Positions 1-12,821 of a stretch of DNA of 64,000 nucleotides are shown here, one piece after another. Positions within the stretch are counted from its first letter, which is position 1, and the number at the start of each line of letters is the position of its first letter. The notes beneath the pieces were generated by a model. That model was given only the letters and a program-made list of their open reading frames with translations, made no database searches and was not told the DNA's origin. The position numbers and the translations under genes are program-made. This DNA comes from Eledone cirrhosa. Lineage: Eukaryota. The DNA is taken from positions 19,158,001-19,222,000 of the forward strand of contig OZ024743.1 in the NCBI GenBank assembly GCA_964016885.1. Reading direction: 5' to 3'.

Positions 1-220
1 AGGTAATGTGATCTACCAGCGCAACGTGAGGACGGACACCTCTAACAAAGCTTATATAGGATTAACCGTTTGTGACTTTAAGACTTGGGTCTACCAACAC
101 CGACATACGTCCCGAAACCCGGTCAGGCGACATGCCACTACACTTTCGGGCCACAACTGGGACCTCCAAGATAATAACATAACATACAATCTTACTTGGA
201 GCTTACTGTCCAGAGCTAAC
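1..220 (+). pseudogene. 3' fragment of a PLE GIY-YIG endonuclease (Naiad-like), fused to a pLTR tail
   Basis: Translation VIYQRNV...AYIGLT..FKTW.YQH..SR...TTLSGHNWDLQD...TWSLL matches the GIY-YIG domain also seen at 5585-6196. Confidence 0.7.
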
Positions 221-309
221 CAACCAACCAACCGGATATTTATAATAAGTTGAAGTGAAAGCAACTGGTGCGTGCGTTTCTTATTGGCAACATGACCCTC
301 CCAAAGCAT

Positions 310-315
<6 letters not shown>
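221..315 (+). mobile_element. pLTR tail of the PLE family at 54.6-62.2 kb, ending in (TA)n
   Basis: caaccaaccaacc...ttgaagtgaaagcaactggtgcgtg.gtttcttattggcaacatgaccctcccaaag.ataacaat is near-identical to about 62016-62146. Confidence 0.85.
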
Positions 316-375
<60 letters not shown>

Positions 376-418
376 GCGTGTGTATGTGTTGTAATATATC
401 TACTGGGAATATAGTACT

Positions 419-733
419 TCAATTCATAATGAATAACGATATTTCAAGTAGAAATATACAAAGAATGAAGCAGCCGAAAATTATGACTATTATTCTTTGT
501 TCATAACCAGGATCATATTTTACTCTTTTAAAATAATAATTAGCAAGTATATAAAATAGCTTTTTATAATTATACACAAGAGAAATCTGCGACAAGAACA
601 TCGTCATTTTAGAAATGACACGATTGAAAATAGTACGAAGCTCATGTAGAAGTGTTTTGAAGTTGTCTACAATCAACACATATTCTTGATTTATTCGTAG
701 CAGACTAGTTGTCGACTGTGATTTACCGTCTAT
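419..733 (-). CDS. Candidate terminal exon of a host gene with a C-terminal hydrophobic segment
   Basis: 315-nt open frame in AT-rich non-repetitive DNA after an AG; ends RIIVIIFGCFILCIFLLEISLFIMN*; no recognised homology. Confidence 0.2.
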   Translation of the reverse strand: MDGKSQSTTSLLRINQEYVLIVDNFKTLLHELRTIFNRVISKMTMFLSQISLVYNYKKLFYILANYYFKRVKYDPGYEQRIIVIIFGCFILCIFLLEISLFIMN

Positions 734-912
734 CTAGTAGATGTTCAGACACTAAAGGTAGACGACAAACGCATTATTATTGGCAATGCGATAAAATATA
801 ATTAATTACAATTTAATACACACCGAATTTTACATATCTATACGTACATGTAGGTGTGGTGAAGGGGTATGAGGCTCTGAATGTGAGTATATACATGAAA
901 ACACACACACAC

Positions 913-957
<45 letters not shown>

Positions 958-1096
958 AGTGTGTGTGTGTGTGTTTGAATTTCTTTGTGTGTGTGTGTAT
1001 GTATGTGTGTCTCTATGTATAAGTATATATTTTTCTCTATTTGAATGGATGCATGTGCGCATATATACACTGGTGCAAGTATACAGGTCTATATAA

Positions 1097-1368
1097 ATAT
1101 AATTGTTCCCACTTTTTGGCACAAGGCCAGCAATTACCCAGTGCATTACTCGTACTTTATTTTACAGGTCTATATACATATAATTGTTTCTACTTTAGGC
1201 ACAAGGCCAGCAAATACCCAGTTCATTACTGGTACTTTATTTTATCGACCCCGTAAGGATGAAAGGCAAAGTCAACCTCGGCGGGATTTGAACTCAGATC
1301 GTAAAGGGACGTAACTATGCTGGAAAGCATGGCATCCGACCCTCTAACGACACTGCCAATCCACCGGT
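1097..1368 (-). mobile_element. tRNA-derived SINE (Meta/MESC-like core) with a duplicated 3' tail
   Basis: Reverse complement of the 24602-24792 copy: B-box gagttcaaatccc, core actttgcctttcatccttacggggtcgataaaataaagtaccag; about 87 bp of the tail is repeated. Confidence 0.85.
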
Positions 1369-1709
1369 CTATATACATATAATGATAGAGAATGTGTGTG
1401 TGGGGAGTGTTAGATAAAGATAAGTGAGGAGAGTGAGACACACTACACATTTAGGAAACATCATATCCGATGTCTCTTTGGTGAGAAAACACCGTAAAAT
1501 GCCCTTTTATCTTCAGTAAATTACTGTAGGCAATAAAGTGGCGACTTTTTATATTTTAGTCTGCGATGCTTCTAATAGTTCTCAATATAATTGTTGAGAT
1601 TGCTTGGCTTCTAACCGTCAAATAAATCACATGTCTATATGAACCCATACTTCATAATTTCTATAATATAGTCAATGGGTACAGACTAAGAGCCATTTCT
1701 GATACTCAC

Positions 1710-1794
1710 ATAGAAATTGAATGCCCGGTAGTAGCAAAGCAGAAAATGGCTATTCCATACAAAAGAAGAATTGAATAAATGTTCTTTTAAATAT
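1710..1794 (-). CDS. Candidate internal exon (85 nt)
   Basis: Flanked by ttgcAG and GTGAGT; one open frame YLKEHLFNSSFVWNSHFLLCYYRAFNFY, ending in phase 0 and compatible with 419-733; weak polypyrimidine tract. Confidence 0.2.
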
Positions 1795-1817
1795 CTGCAA
1801 CATTGTATACCTACGCA

Positions 1818-2545
<728 letters not shown>

Positions 2546-2585
2546 TATATTTATATATGTATATATATTTATATATATATATTTA

Positions 2586-2628
<43 letters not shown>

Positions 2629-3317
2629 TTAGTTATACTATTTATGGTTATGTAAACACAAAACCTTAAGCAGTTGTAAGTATTTTACACACACCCTAAA
2701 TAGTGGTAGGCAGTAATGTATTACTACTTTATTACCAGTAAGTTAAGTAGCTCAATGTAAAAACATCAGATGATTTACAGAGCAGTTATATGAAGTATAA
2801 GAATCAAAGAATAATCGAAATATACACTCCCTTGACCATGAAAATGCCGAAGTACATGAATTACTTGACATCCCTGCGCTGTGCATCTCCAATACTTATA
2901 ACACTTTTAATGCTTGCACTATCTTTAATGCTTATAATATTTCTCCACACACAGACTATATCAATCATATAAAGACTTTGCCACCAGATCTACCAACCTA
3001 ACACTCTTATTTACCTACCTAAGTGCCTCTACCACACATATCTCTCTGCCACACTATATAAACAAGACGCACATGCGTGCCACACATATAACATTTGCAC
3101 TATATAACCACTTATCTTCATGTTGTACTTTAACCTATATCTTTGATTTTTGATTGTACCTATTAATATAAATGTAATCTCGAAGTGTGTACTGCCACTC
3201 TAAATTCTGTAATGAATGTTGACCCACAATGTTTGAATATGTATCAATGTTTGAATATGTATTGGTATGTCTCTCGGCTGAAAAGGAGGTCATATAACTG
3301 TCCATGCATTAATAAAT

Positions 3318-3364
3318 TGCTCCGAAGAATCCAAACCTCGGTTTGGAGGAAACAGCTGTAAGCA
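3318..3364 (+). ncRNA. Hammerhead ribozyme, U4C core variant (possibly decayed)
   Basis: tgct-CCGAAGA-a-tccaaacc-tc-ggtttgga-g-GAAA-cagctg-TA-agca; all three stems pair. Confidence 0.6.
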
Positions 3365-3399
3365 CAATAATGTTTTGAACAGTTCTTTGATTCTTATAC

Positions 3400-3508
<109 letters not shown>

Positions 3509-3698
3509 TTGTGTGTGTGTGTGTATATATAAAGAGAGAGAGAGAGAGATGTATAGATTATTGGCGAACAACATTTGGATAGTATTCTAAAAGTATACTT
3601 TGTACGTGTATGAGGTTTAGCCTCGAACACCAATTCTGAGCTTCTCCGGAGGTTCATTATGTGAACAAGCTTCTTCTGTGTATGGACGCATTATATAA

Positions 3699-3732
<34 letters not shown>

Positions 3733-3861
3733 TTGACCTGCCGTGTTCCGTTGAGTCACGTACGCTTGGAGATATTTGTATAAAATTATGTTGACTTAAA
3801 AATATTTTTTTAATAATTATATATACACATATATAGATAATGTAAAATGAAATTGGAAGGC

Positions 3862-3929
<68 letters not shown>

Positions 3930-4042
3930 AAGTTGTAATAGAATGAAACGAAATTTCATTTCTCACTCTTAGACGGCACTTACTTATATGTAAGTATGTA
4001 TGTATACGTACATACATATATGTATACAGACGTACAGTAGCA

Positions 4043-4083
<41 letters not shown>

Positions 4084-4229
4084 GTACACATATATATATG
4101 TACGTATCAGTTCAGCGGGCGTTTATTATAACGCCCGCTTTGTCCGTTTGTAAACACACGGACAGCCCGATTTATGCCGTACGGTGTTAAGGCAAGCACG
4201 TCACCTTTTTGTTCAACACTGACACAGGA

Positions 4230-4272
4230 ACGATGTACTTGTTTCAAGCTTCTTAGCTATCATCAGCACCGT
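4230..4272 (-). ncRNA. Minimal type I hammerhead (array copy 1)
   Basis: acggtg-CTGATGA-tagct-aaga-agctt-GAAA-caag-TA-catcgt. Confidence 0.75.
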
Positions 4273-4507
4273 ATACCCTTCTGCCAGATGGTTGAACGTT
4301 CGAAAGTATATACTTTCCTTATGAAAATTAACGGCTGAGCAGCCTAATTTGCATATCGAGTGAGTTCAGTGGGGCAGGCGTACCGAAAACGATAAGTTGT
4401 AATATAATGAAACGAAATTTCATTTCTCACTCTTACGACGGCACTTACTTAAATGTAAGTATGTATGTATACGTACATACATATATGTATACAGACGTAC
4501 AGTAGCA

Positions 4508-4575
<68 letters not shown>

Positions 4576-4728
4576 CAGGTACACATATATATATATATGT
4601 ACGTATCAGTTCAGCGGACGTTTATTATAACGCCCGCTTTGTCCGTTTGTAAACAAATGGACAGCCTGATTTATGCCGTACGGTGTTAAGGCAACCACGT
4701 CACCTTTTTGTTCAACACTGACACAGGA

Positions 4729-4771
4729 ACGATGTACTTGTTTCAAGCTTCTTAGCTATCATCAGCACCGT
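4729..4771 (-). ncRNA. Minimal type I hammerhead (array copy 2)
   Basis: Same motif 499 bp from copy 1. Confidence 0.75.
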
Positions 4772-5006
4772 ATACCCTTCTGTCAGATGGTTGAACGTTC
4801 GAAAGTATATACTTTCCTTATGAAAATTAACGGCTGAGCAGCCTAATTTGCATATCGAGTGAGTTCAGTCGGCCAGGCGTACCGAAAACGATAAGTTGTA
4901 ATATAATGAAACGAAATTTCATTTCTCACTCTTAGAACGGCACTTACTTAAATGTAAGTATGTATGTATACGTACATACATATATGTATACAGACGTACA
5001 GTAGCA

Positions 5007-5057
<51 letters not shown>

Positions 5058-5254
5058 ACATACAGGTACACATATATATATATGTACGTATCAGTTTAGC
5101 GGACGTTTATTATAACGCTCGCTTTGTCCGTTTATCGTTTTCGGTACGCCTGGCCTACCGAACTCACTCGATATGCAAATTAGGCTGCTCAGCCGTTAAT
5201 TTTCATAAGGAAAGTATATACTTTCGAACGTTCAACCATCTGGCAGAAGGGTAT

Positions 5255-5297
5255 ACGATGCTGATGATATCTAAGAAGCTTGAAACTAGTACATCGT
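5255..5297 (+). ncRNA. Minimal type I hammerhead (array copy 3)
   Basis: acgatg-CTGATGA-tatctaagaagctt-GAAA-ctag-TA-catcgt; perfect 6-bp stem I. Confidence 0.75.
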
Positions 5298-5444
5298 TCT
5301 TGTGTCAGTGTTGAACAAAAAGGTGACGTGGTTGCCTTAACACCGTACGGCATAAATCAGGCTGTCCGTTTGTTTACAAACGGACAAAGCGCGCGTTATA
5401 ATAAACGTCCGCTAAACTGATACGTACATATATATGTGTACCTG

Positions 5445-5476
<32 letters not shown>

Positions 5477-5502
5477 ATGTATAAAATCAATACAATATAA
5501 TT

Positions 5503-5574
5503 ACCTCATTACCAGAGGTTTCCCGAATGAGGCGAATACGAAATAAACGACTTCATTCGTTCGTCAGACGAGGC
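5503..5574 (-). ncRNA. Type I hammerhead (inverted pLTR copy)
   Basis: Reverse complement of 7465-7536. Confidence 0.75.
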
Positions 5575-5584
5575 AATATAAAAC

Positions 5585-6196
5585 ATGGGCAAACATTTCC
5601 CTAGAACACATAGATACTATAAGATCTTTAACAGAAACTGTGTTAAAATTAGCTATTTCTGCGGTCCCCCTATTAAGTCCTATATCCTCAACAAAACATC
5701 ACCTAGAGAAAATCAAACTTGCACCTGTAGAATCAAAAGTGGATGCCCATTACAAGGTAAATGCAACACCAAAGCCATTGTATATGCGGCTAATGTGACA
5801 ACTATCAGCAACAACCATCCAGTCACCAGTGAACGATATGTGGGTATGACGCAAGACAGATTCAAAACGCGTTATTACTCACATGTCGCATCCTTTCGAC
5901 ATCCAGAAAAAAGATTCACAACAGCTCTGGCTAGCAGAATCTGGGATTTGAAAGACCAAGGCATCCAATATAAACTAGATTGGTCAATTTTGAACCAATC
6001 TAAAAAATATGCTAGAGGAACAAGAAAATGCACGCTCTGCAGAAATGAAAAATTTTGGATATTGCAAAATCTCAAATCACCAAAGACCTGCCTGAACACA
6101 AAGACGGAAATTTTTACCAGTTGCCCACACATGAAATCACACCTGCTTTCCAGCTCATATAAACTTAACACACTTTCAGACACTTATCCTCCATAA
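5585..6196 (+). CDS. PLE C-terminus: linker and GIY-YIG endonuclease (Naiad-like Cys pattern)
   Basis: CTCRIKSGCPLQGKC linker, IVYAA...YVGMT..FKTRY..H..SF, C-terminal CTLC...E...LN...CPH. Confidence 0.85.
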   Translation: MGKHFPRTHRYYKIFNRNCVKISYFCGPPIKSYILNKTSPRENQTCTCRIKSGCPLQGKCNTKAIVYAANVTTISNNHPVTSERYVGMTQDRFKTRYYSHVASFRHPEKRFTTALASRIWDLKDQGIQYKLDWSILNQSKKYARGTRKCTLCRNEKFWILQNLKSPKTCLNTKTEIFTSCPHMKSHLLSSSYKLNTLSDTYPP

Positions 6197-6611
6197 ACTC
6201 TGATTATTCTCTTTTTAATTACCCTTTCTGACTTACTTTCAATCTTATCCTTGTCAATAATTTCATTTATTTTCACTTATATTTATTTTTTTATTTATTT
6301 TTACTTAATCCCCCCCCCCCCTTTATTCTGCGATCCACTTCCTATTTTCTATTTTATATTTTATATTTTTTACTTCCCCTTCTTTTATTTCCCTTTTTCC
6401 TCTACTAACTGATTATACTTGTCTTTTGTGTTTTTCAATCCAGATATATTTTTCATTTTTATTTTTATTTTATTTTTGCGCAGCCTATCCTACAATTTTA
6501 TATTTGTATTTATTTATCTACATTTCAATATGGCTGAACGCCTTAATGTGTGTATACTTTTTTTATATATGTACATGAGTGACTACGTATGTGCGCGCGC
6601 GTGCGTGCATG

Positions 6612-6680
<69 letters not shown>

Positions 6681-7464
6681 GTGTATGTATGCGTGTGTGT
6701 ACTGGTGTTTGTGTGTGTGTGTGTGTGTGTATATATTATGCGTATGTGTAAGTGTCTTTATATCCGTGTTTTTGACATTTCGGTTTTATATTTTTTTGTT
6801 TCTTCTTTCTTCTCCCCCCCCCCCTTCCCTCTTTTGTTACTTACCCAGTTTCATACATGGGCATGCAAACAGGTTCATATGCGCGAGTATAAGTATGTGT
6901 GTGTGTGTGTGTACGTATCGAACGTATGGAAGTGTGTATATAAGCATAATTATTTTTACATTTCTTTTGTGAGACACGCGTGTCTGTGTATGTATGTACC
7001 CCCGCTTTTTTTTTGTTTTCTTTAATTTTTTCTTTCTATCTTGTCTTTCTAATTTATCGTTACTATATTTTTATAAATATATCGTAATAGATACTTTTCT
7101 TTTATTTATTATACTCTCTTTAACTCCTTTCTTTCCGCATCTAAGTGTACGAGTGTCCAGGCGTTTTTATGCGCGCGACTTTATTTTCTTATTTTTACGA
7201 AGTAAACATTTCCGTCTGTATAATACAAACATATAGATACATTTGCCCAAAAATTTTTATAATTACGCACACTTTCTAACCATACATTTACACGTGCGCA
7301 TATACATATATGCACATCTATGAGCGTATATACATACACATACACACACCTAACTATTTTTCTTGATAGATTTTTATATATTTCAATTTCTATTTCATTT
7401 ATCTATATATATTTTTTTGATTTTCATGATGTGTTTTTCTAAGTATTTGCCCATGTTTTATATT

Positions 7465-7536
7465 GCCTCGTCTGACGAACGAATGAAGTCGTTTATTTCG
7501 TATTCGCCTCATTCGGGAAACCTCTGGTAATGAGGT
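7465..7536 (+). ncRNA. Type I hammerhead in the PLE 3' pLTR
   Basis: gcctcgt-CTGACGA-acgaatga...tcattcgg-GAAA-cctctgg-TA-atgaggt. Confidence 0.8.
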
Positions 7537-7638
7537 AATTATATTGTATTGATTTTATACATTAAATTTTGCTCTGATATTTACATAGAGCACTCTTCAT
7601 TTCTATGACCTTTTCTGTTTCCAACTGAAATTCCAATA

Positions 7639-7720
<82 letters not shown>

Positions 7721-7955
7721 TGCTACTGTACGTCTGTATACATATATGTATGTACGTATACATACATATTTACATTTAAGTAAGTGCCGTATTAAGAGTG
7801 AGAAATGAAATTTTGTTTCATTCTATTACAACTTATCGTTTTCGGTACGCCTGGCCGACTGAACTCACTCGATATGCAAATTAGGCTGCTCAGCCGTTAA
7901 TTTTCATATGGAAATTATAAACTTTCAAACGTTCAACCATCTGGCAGAAGGGTAT

Positions 7956-7998
7956 ACGGTGCTGATGATAGCTAAGAAGCTTGAAACTAGTACATCGT
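7956..7998 (+). ncRNA. Minimal type I hammerhead (array copy 4)
   Basis: acggtg-CTGATGA-tagctaagaagctt-GAAA-ctag-TA-catcgt. Confidence 0.8.
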
Positions 7999-8354
7999 TC
8001 CTGTGTCAGTGTTGAACAAAATCGTGACGTGGTTGCCTTCACACCGTACGACATAAATCAGGCTGTCCGTTTGTTTACAAACGCACAAAGCGGCCGTTAT
8101 AATAAACGTCCGCTAAACTGATACGTACATATATATATGTGTACATGTATGTATATATACATACATACTTACATTTAAGTAAGTGCCGTACTAAGAGTGA
8201 GAAATGAAATTTCGTTTCATTCTATTACAACTTATCGTTTTCGGTACGCCTGCCCCACTGAACTCACTCGATATGCAAATTAGGCTGCTCAGCCGTTAAT
8301 TTTCATAAGGAAAGTATATACTTTCGAACGTTAAACCATCTGGCAGAAGGGTAT

Positions 8355-8397
8355 ACGGTGCTGATGATAGCTAAGAAGCTTGAAACTAGTACATCTT
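8355..8397 (+). ncRNA. Minimal type I hammerhead (array copy 5)
   Basis: Same motif 399 bp after copy 4, with one stem I mismatch. Confidence 0.75.
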
Positions 8398-8548
8398 TCC
8401 TGTGTCAGTGTTGAACAAAAAGGTGACGTGGTTGCCTTAACACCGTACGGCATAAATAGCTGTCCGTTTGTTTACAAACGGACAAAGCGGGCGTTATAAT
8501 AAACGTCCGCTAAACTGATACGTACATATATATATATATGTGTACCTG

Positions 8549-8618
<70 letters not shown>

Positions 8619-8671
8619 TGCTACTGTACGTCTGTAGACATATATGTGTGTACGTATACATACATACTTAC

Positions 8672-8751
<80 letters not shown>

Positions 8752-8758
<7 letters not shown>

Positions 8759-9892
8759 CATCATCGGAGAAAAATGTTAGCGATACTCCGGCCAAATTCC
8801 AACTCACTCATCAAACATTAGGAAATAAGTGAGTAATTAAACGTTCGGGGTGCTAACTAAATGTATTGTGTCGAACATTGGCTGTATTATTTGATATGAG
8901 ACATATCGAATATATCTCTTCCTAGCCGGACGTCTCGTTTCATTATAAGATTCCTACAATTTGGGTGAAATTATACCCATTTATGTAGGAGCTTGTATAA
9001 GATCAACAGATATATATTCAAGTGGGCTCTTATAATTCATCAGTGGGTGCCCAATAATACTAATATTAATAATCTAACCAATATCAGTATTTCGCGATAA
9101 TCACCATCAGTGCCTGAGGTATCTGTTGGGTTGCTACTCCAGCAGTTCTAAAGAAATACTCAAACTGATTCAAAAATGAGGAAGTATATTACCGCCAAAA
9201 AAATAATACATGCGCAGGACAATGAATTCTAAAAGGAATTCAGGCCACGTGCTAGAACTCAATTGGAACTTGAAAAAATATCTATGTGTGTACAACGTTT
9301 GATGACACAATTAAATATTTTCTCGGGTAAAAATAACAGAATGAGATACAAGAAACAATCAATATTCATATATATATATATAAATAAACAAAGATAGTCA
9401 AACCTTATATCGGGAATTTCATATCTGCTGCACCAAGAGTAAATAAATAAATACATCAGCGGAGAAAGCTTTTAGCGATACACCGGCCAAATTCCAACTC
9501 ACTCAACAAACATTAGGAAATAAGTGAGTATATTCCTAATTAAACGTTCGGGTGCTAACTAAATGCATTGTGTGTAAAATTGGCTGTATTATTTCATATG
9601 AGACATATCGAATATATCTCTTCCCAGACGGACGTCTCGTTTCATTATAATATTCCTGCAATTTGGGTGAAATTATACCAATTTATATAGGAGCTTGTAT
9701 AAGATCAACAGATATATATTCCAGTGGGCTCTTATAATTCATCAGTGGGTGCACTATAATACTAATATTGATAATCTAACCAATATCAGTATTTAGCGAT
9801 AATCACCATCAGTGCCTGAGGTATCTGTTAGGTTGCTACTCCAGCAGTTCTAAAGAAATACTCAAACTGATTCAAAAATGAGGAAGTATATA
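8752..9892 (-). repeat. Partial tandem of a 702-bp HHR-bearing unit flanked by (TA)n
   Basis: 8752-9190 repeated at 9447-9892. Confidence 0.8.
9623..9749 (-). ncRNA. Type I hammerhead with an extended branched stem II (decayed sister copy at 8921-9047)
   Basis: ccca-CTGATGA-attataa...ttataat-GAAA-cg-agacgtc-cg-TC-tggg. Confidence 0.7.
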
Positions 9893-10180
9893 TATGGGTG
9901 TGGGTGTGTGTGTATATACATATACACACATATATTGTATGTGTATATATACATATACACACACAATATATATTCAAAATAAAGAAATATCACCAATACC
10001 TCACTACTACCACTACTACCAACACCACCCTCCACCAACACATTTGAAACTCCTGTCAAATAATTCAACAAAAGCACACCACCATAAAAAGGAAGATCTC
10101 CCACACATCCCAGAACTTCAACAGATGGGGCGGGGGGGGTGTATCGTTCTCTACAGAAGATGGAAACATTTGTGTTGTAA

Positions 10181-10358
10181 ATAATTGTTTCTACTTTTGG
10201 CACAAGGCCAGGAAATACCCAGTGCATTACTGGTACTTTACTTTATCGACCCTGTAAGGAAGACAGGCAAAGTTAACCTGGGCGGGATTTGAACTCAGAT
10301 TGGAAAGGGCCGTAACTCTATGCATCAAAGCATGGCGTCCGACCCTCTACCGATACTA
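10181..10358 (-). mobile_element. SINE copy
   Basis: ggcacaaggccagg...ggatttgaactcag, same family as 24602. Confidence 0.85.
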
Positions 10359-10399
10359 TGGGATGTAGAGTGGGAAACAAAATTTGGTGGGCTAGGCAG

Positions 10400-11040
10400 A
10401 GGGGGAATTGAGAGAGAGAGTGAGGTATGTATTGGGATATAGGTAGTAGGAGAGAATGTGTTCGTGTAGTGAGAGGGTATTGTGAGAGTGAGAGAGAAAG
10501 GTGTATGTAGTGAAATATAGAGAGCGGGAGAGAATTTCTTGGTTTAGTGAGTGGAGGAATTAAGAGAGTGAAAGAGAATGAGTAATGTAGTGGAATATAG
10601 AGAGAGAGGGCGAGAACTTTGTGGTCTGGTGAGAGGGGTGGAATTGTGAGCTAGTATGAGGTATGTAGTGGTAGAGAGTGAGGGCTAGAGAGTTTGTTGG
10701 TTTAGTGAGAAAGAGGGAATGGTTACAGAGGGGGAGATTGATTGGTGGTCTAATGAGAGAGGGGGATTTTGAGAGTGTAAGGTATGTAGTGATATATAAT
10801 GAGGGGAGAGAATTTGTTGTTTTATTGAGAGAGGGGTTATTGTAAGAGTGAGAGAGAATGAGGTATGTATTGGAATATAGTGAGGGGGAGAGAATTTATT
10901 GGTCTAGTGAAAGAGTGGATTTAAGCGAGTGAAAGAGAGTGAGATATGTAGTGTAATATAGAGAGGGAAAGATAATTTGGTAGACTAGTGAGAGAGGGAG
11001 AATTGTGAGAGAGAGTGATGTATGTAGTTGGTTATAGAGT
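10400..11040. repeat. Degenerate GA-rich minisatellite, period about 80 bp
   Basis: gaggtatgtagtggaatatagagag-like motif recurs at about 10421, 10500, 10580, 10658, 10780, 10860, 10940, 11015. Confidence 0.75.
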
Positions 11041-11309
11041 CAGTCATGAGTTTGCTCGAGGTGACGCCGCTGGCAAAGCTACTGCTACAGTACTTGGGAG
11101 TGTAGTTACTAAACCAGGCTCATGGAATACGGAATGAAACGCCTGTGGCGAAAGGGATACCCTCGTGCCATCTTAGGATAGTTTACTGGATTGCATGTTG
11201 CAAAATTTGGAGTGTGGCTTTCGGATTCTCAGAAGTTAATCGAAAATATTTATATAATATCTATCGATCGGGTACAGGTTCGTCTTAACCTGTTTCTATA
11301 TTATTTATA

Positions 11310-11360
<51 letters not shown>

Positions 11361-11368
<8 letters not shown>

Positions 11369-11575
11369 GTGAGGTTTTTATTACAAAATGAAAAGTAACC
11401 GAGGTGTCCTACACAAGTGAAAGTATAAAGAAAAAGAGATGAAATCGAAAAGGCAACTGGAGTCTTATTTTTTTTTTTTAAATATATATATTTATTTGGT
11501 TCCTTTACCGGTTTCGCAGTTCTTCTGCTTTTCAAAAGGTGAGTTGAGATGGACGGTCTGTGGTTTTTCTCACAT
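11361..11575 (-). mobile_element. (TA)n-flanked element with a U3-A8 variant HHR (11502-11539); same family as 20585-20950
   Basis: Near-identical to 20585-20798. Confidence 0.75.
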
Positions 11576-11600
11576 ATATATATATATATATATATATGTA

Positions 11601-11940
11601 ATATATGAGATCAAAAGATGGTTAAAGGAGTTCCATGTATTTTATTATGCGCATTTCAAAAACAAACATCATCATCCAATAATATTTGTGTTTTCATCAG
11701 ATAAAACAGGAGGACATGATATGAAGGCTAAAAAACACTTGTGGATAGTGCAGTTTTAAATCAACATATCATATATGTTGATTTAAAACTGCACTATCCA
11801 CAATTGTTTTTTAGCCTTCATATCATGTCCTCCTGTTTTATCTGATGAAAACACAAATATTATTGCATGATGATGTTTGTTTTTGAAATGCGCATAATAA
11901 AATACATGGAACTCTTTTAACCATCTTTTGATCTTATATT
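11601..11940. repeat. About 340-bp palindrome with an HHR on each arm (11640-11706 minus, 11836-11902 plus)
   Basis: Arms are reverse complements about a centre near 11770; ttttat-CTGATGA-aaacacaaatattatt..atgatgatgtttgttttt-GAAA-tgcgca-TA-ataaaa. Confidence 0.85.
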
Positions 11941-12116
11941 ATGTATACTCCAGTCCTACAAACTGTAGAGTGAAAAGAACCTTCTGACGAGACTGTTTCT
12001 TTGCAACGAAAGCCGTATTTTGAGTTTATGTTGGTTATATACCAACACCTCAGTATGCAGGCTGGAGCACTCGACGAAGTGCGCAGGTTGGTTTGGTTAC
12101 TCTGGAGTAGTGTAAA

Positions 12117-12563
12117 ATAAAGTTAAATAAAAGTCAAATGATTAAAATTTAGCTTCGTTTATTACTGCTATATATATTTCAGTGACAGCCATCTTTGGCT
12201 GTGACCTCTTCAGGCAGTTTGAATTAGTATGGTATAGACAAGTACATATGTTGTTTAGGTGTATGATATTGTCAATTCCCTGATATGCCCAGTTCCTTGC
12301 TGGGTTGTTAATTCACTGGGGAACTGGAGTCATATCTGACATATCTGACATATATGACTCCAGTTCCCCAGTGAATTAACAACCCAGCAAGGAACTGGGC
12401 ATATCAGAGAATTGACAATATCATACACCTAAACAACATATGCACTTGTCTATACCATACTAATTCAAACTGCCTGAAGAGGTCACAGCCAAAGATGGCT
12501 GTCACTGAAATATATATAGCAGTAATAAACGAAGCTAAATTTTAATCATTTGACTTTTATTTA

Positions 12564-12570
<7 letters not shown>
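12117..12570. repeat. About 450-bp palindrome with an HHR on each arm (12164-12218 minus, 12469-12523 plus)
   Basis: actgc-CTGAAGA-ggtcacagcc-aaagat-ggctgtcact-GAAA-tatata-TA-gcagt; centre near 12343. Confidence 0.85.
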
Positions 12571-12620
<50 letters not shown>

Positions 12621-12758
12621 TCATATATATATATATATGTATGTATACATATATATATATATATGTATGTATACATATATATATATATATATATGTATGT
12701 ATACATATATATATATATATATGTATATAAACATATATATATATATATGTATGTATAC

Positions 12759-12796
<38 letters not shown>

Positions 12797-12821
12797 GTAT
12801 ATATATATATAAAGTTAAATA

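Larger units (their letters stand above)
5476..7641 (+). mobile_element. 5'-truncated PLE with inverted 5' pLTR, inserted in the (TA)n of an array unit
   Basis: 5476-5593 is the reverse complement of 7446-7563; GIY-YIG ORF between; (TA)n on both sides; the array unit resumes at 7717. Confidence 0.85.
3929..8672. repeat. Inverted tandem array of a 400-500 bp HHR-containing unit (retrozyme-like), interrupted by a nested PLE
   Basis: Units at about 3929-4394, 4394-4892 and a partial to 5131 in one orientation; opposite orientation 5131-5450, resuming at 7717-8672; each full unit has one HHR. Confidence 0.85.

Noticed and set aside
5585-6196. Possible selenoprotein PLE (reported for some Naiad elements)
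   Set aside because: All conserved Cys positions are ordinary Cys codons with no in-frame TGA
3929-8672. CRISPR-like repeat array
   Set aside because: Units are 400-500 bp without unique spacers, there are no cas genes, and the context is eukaryotic
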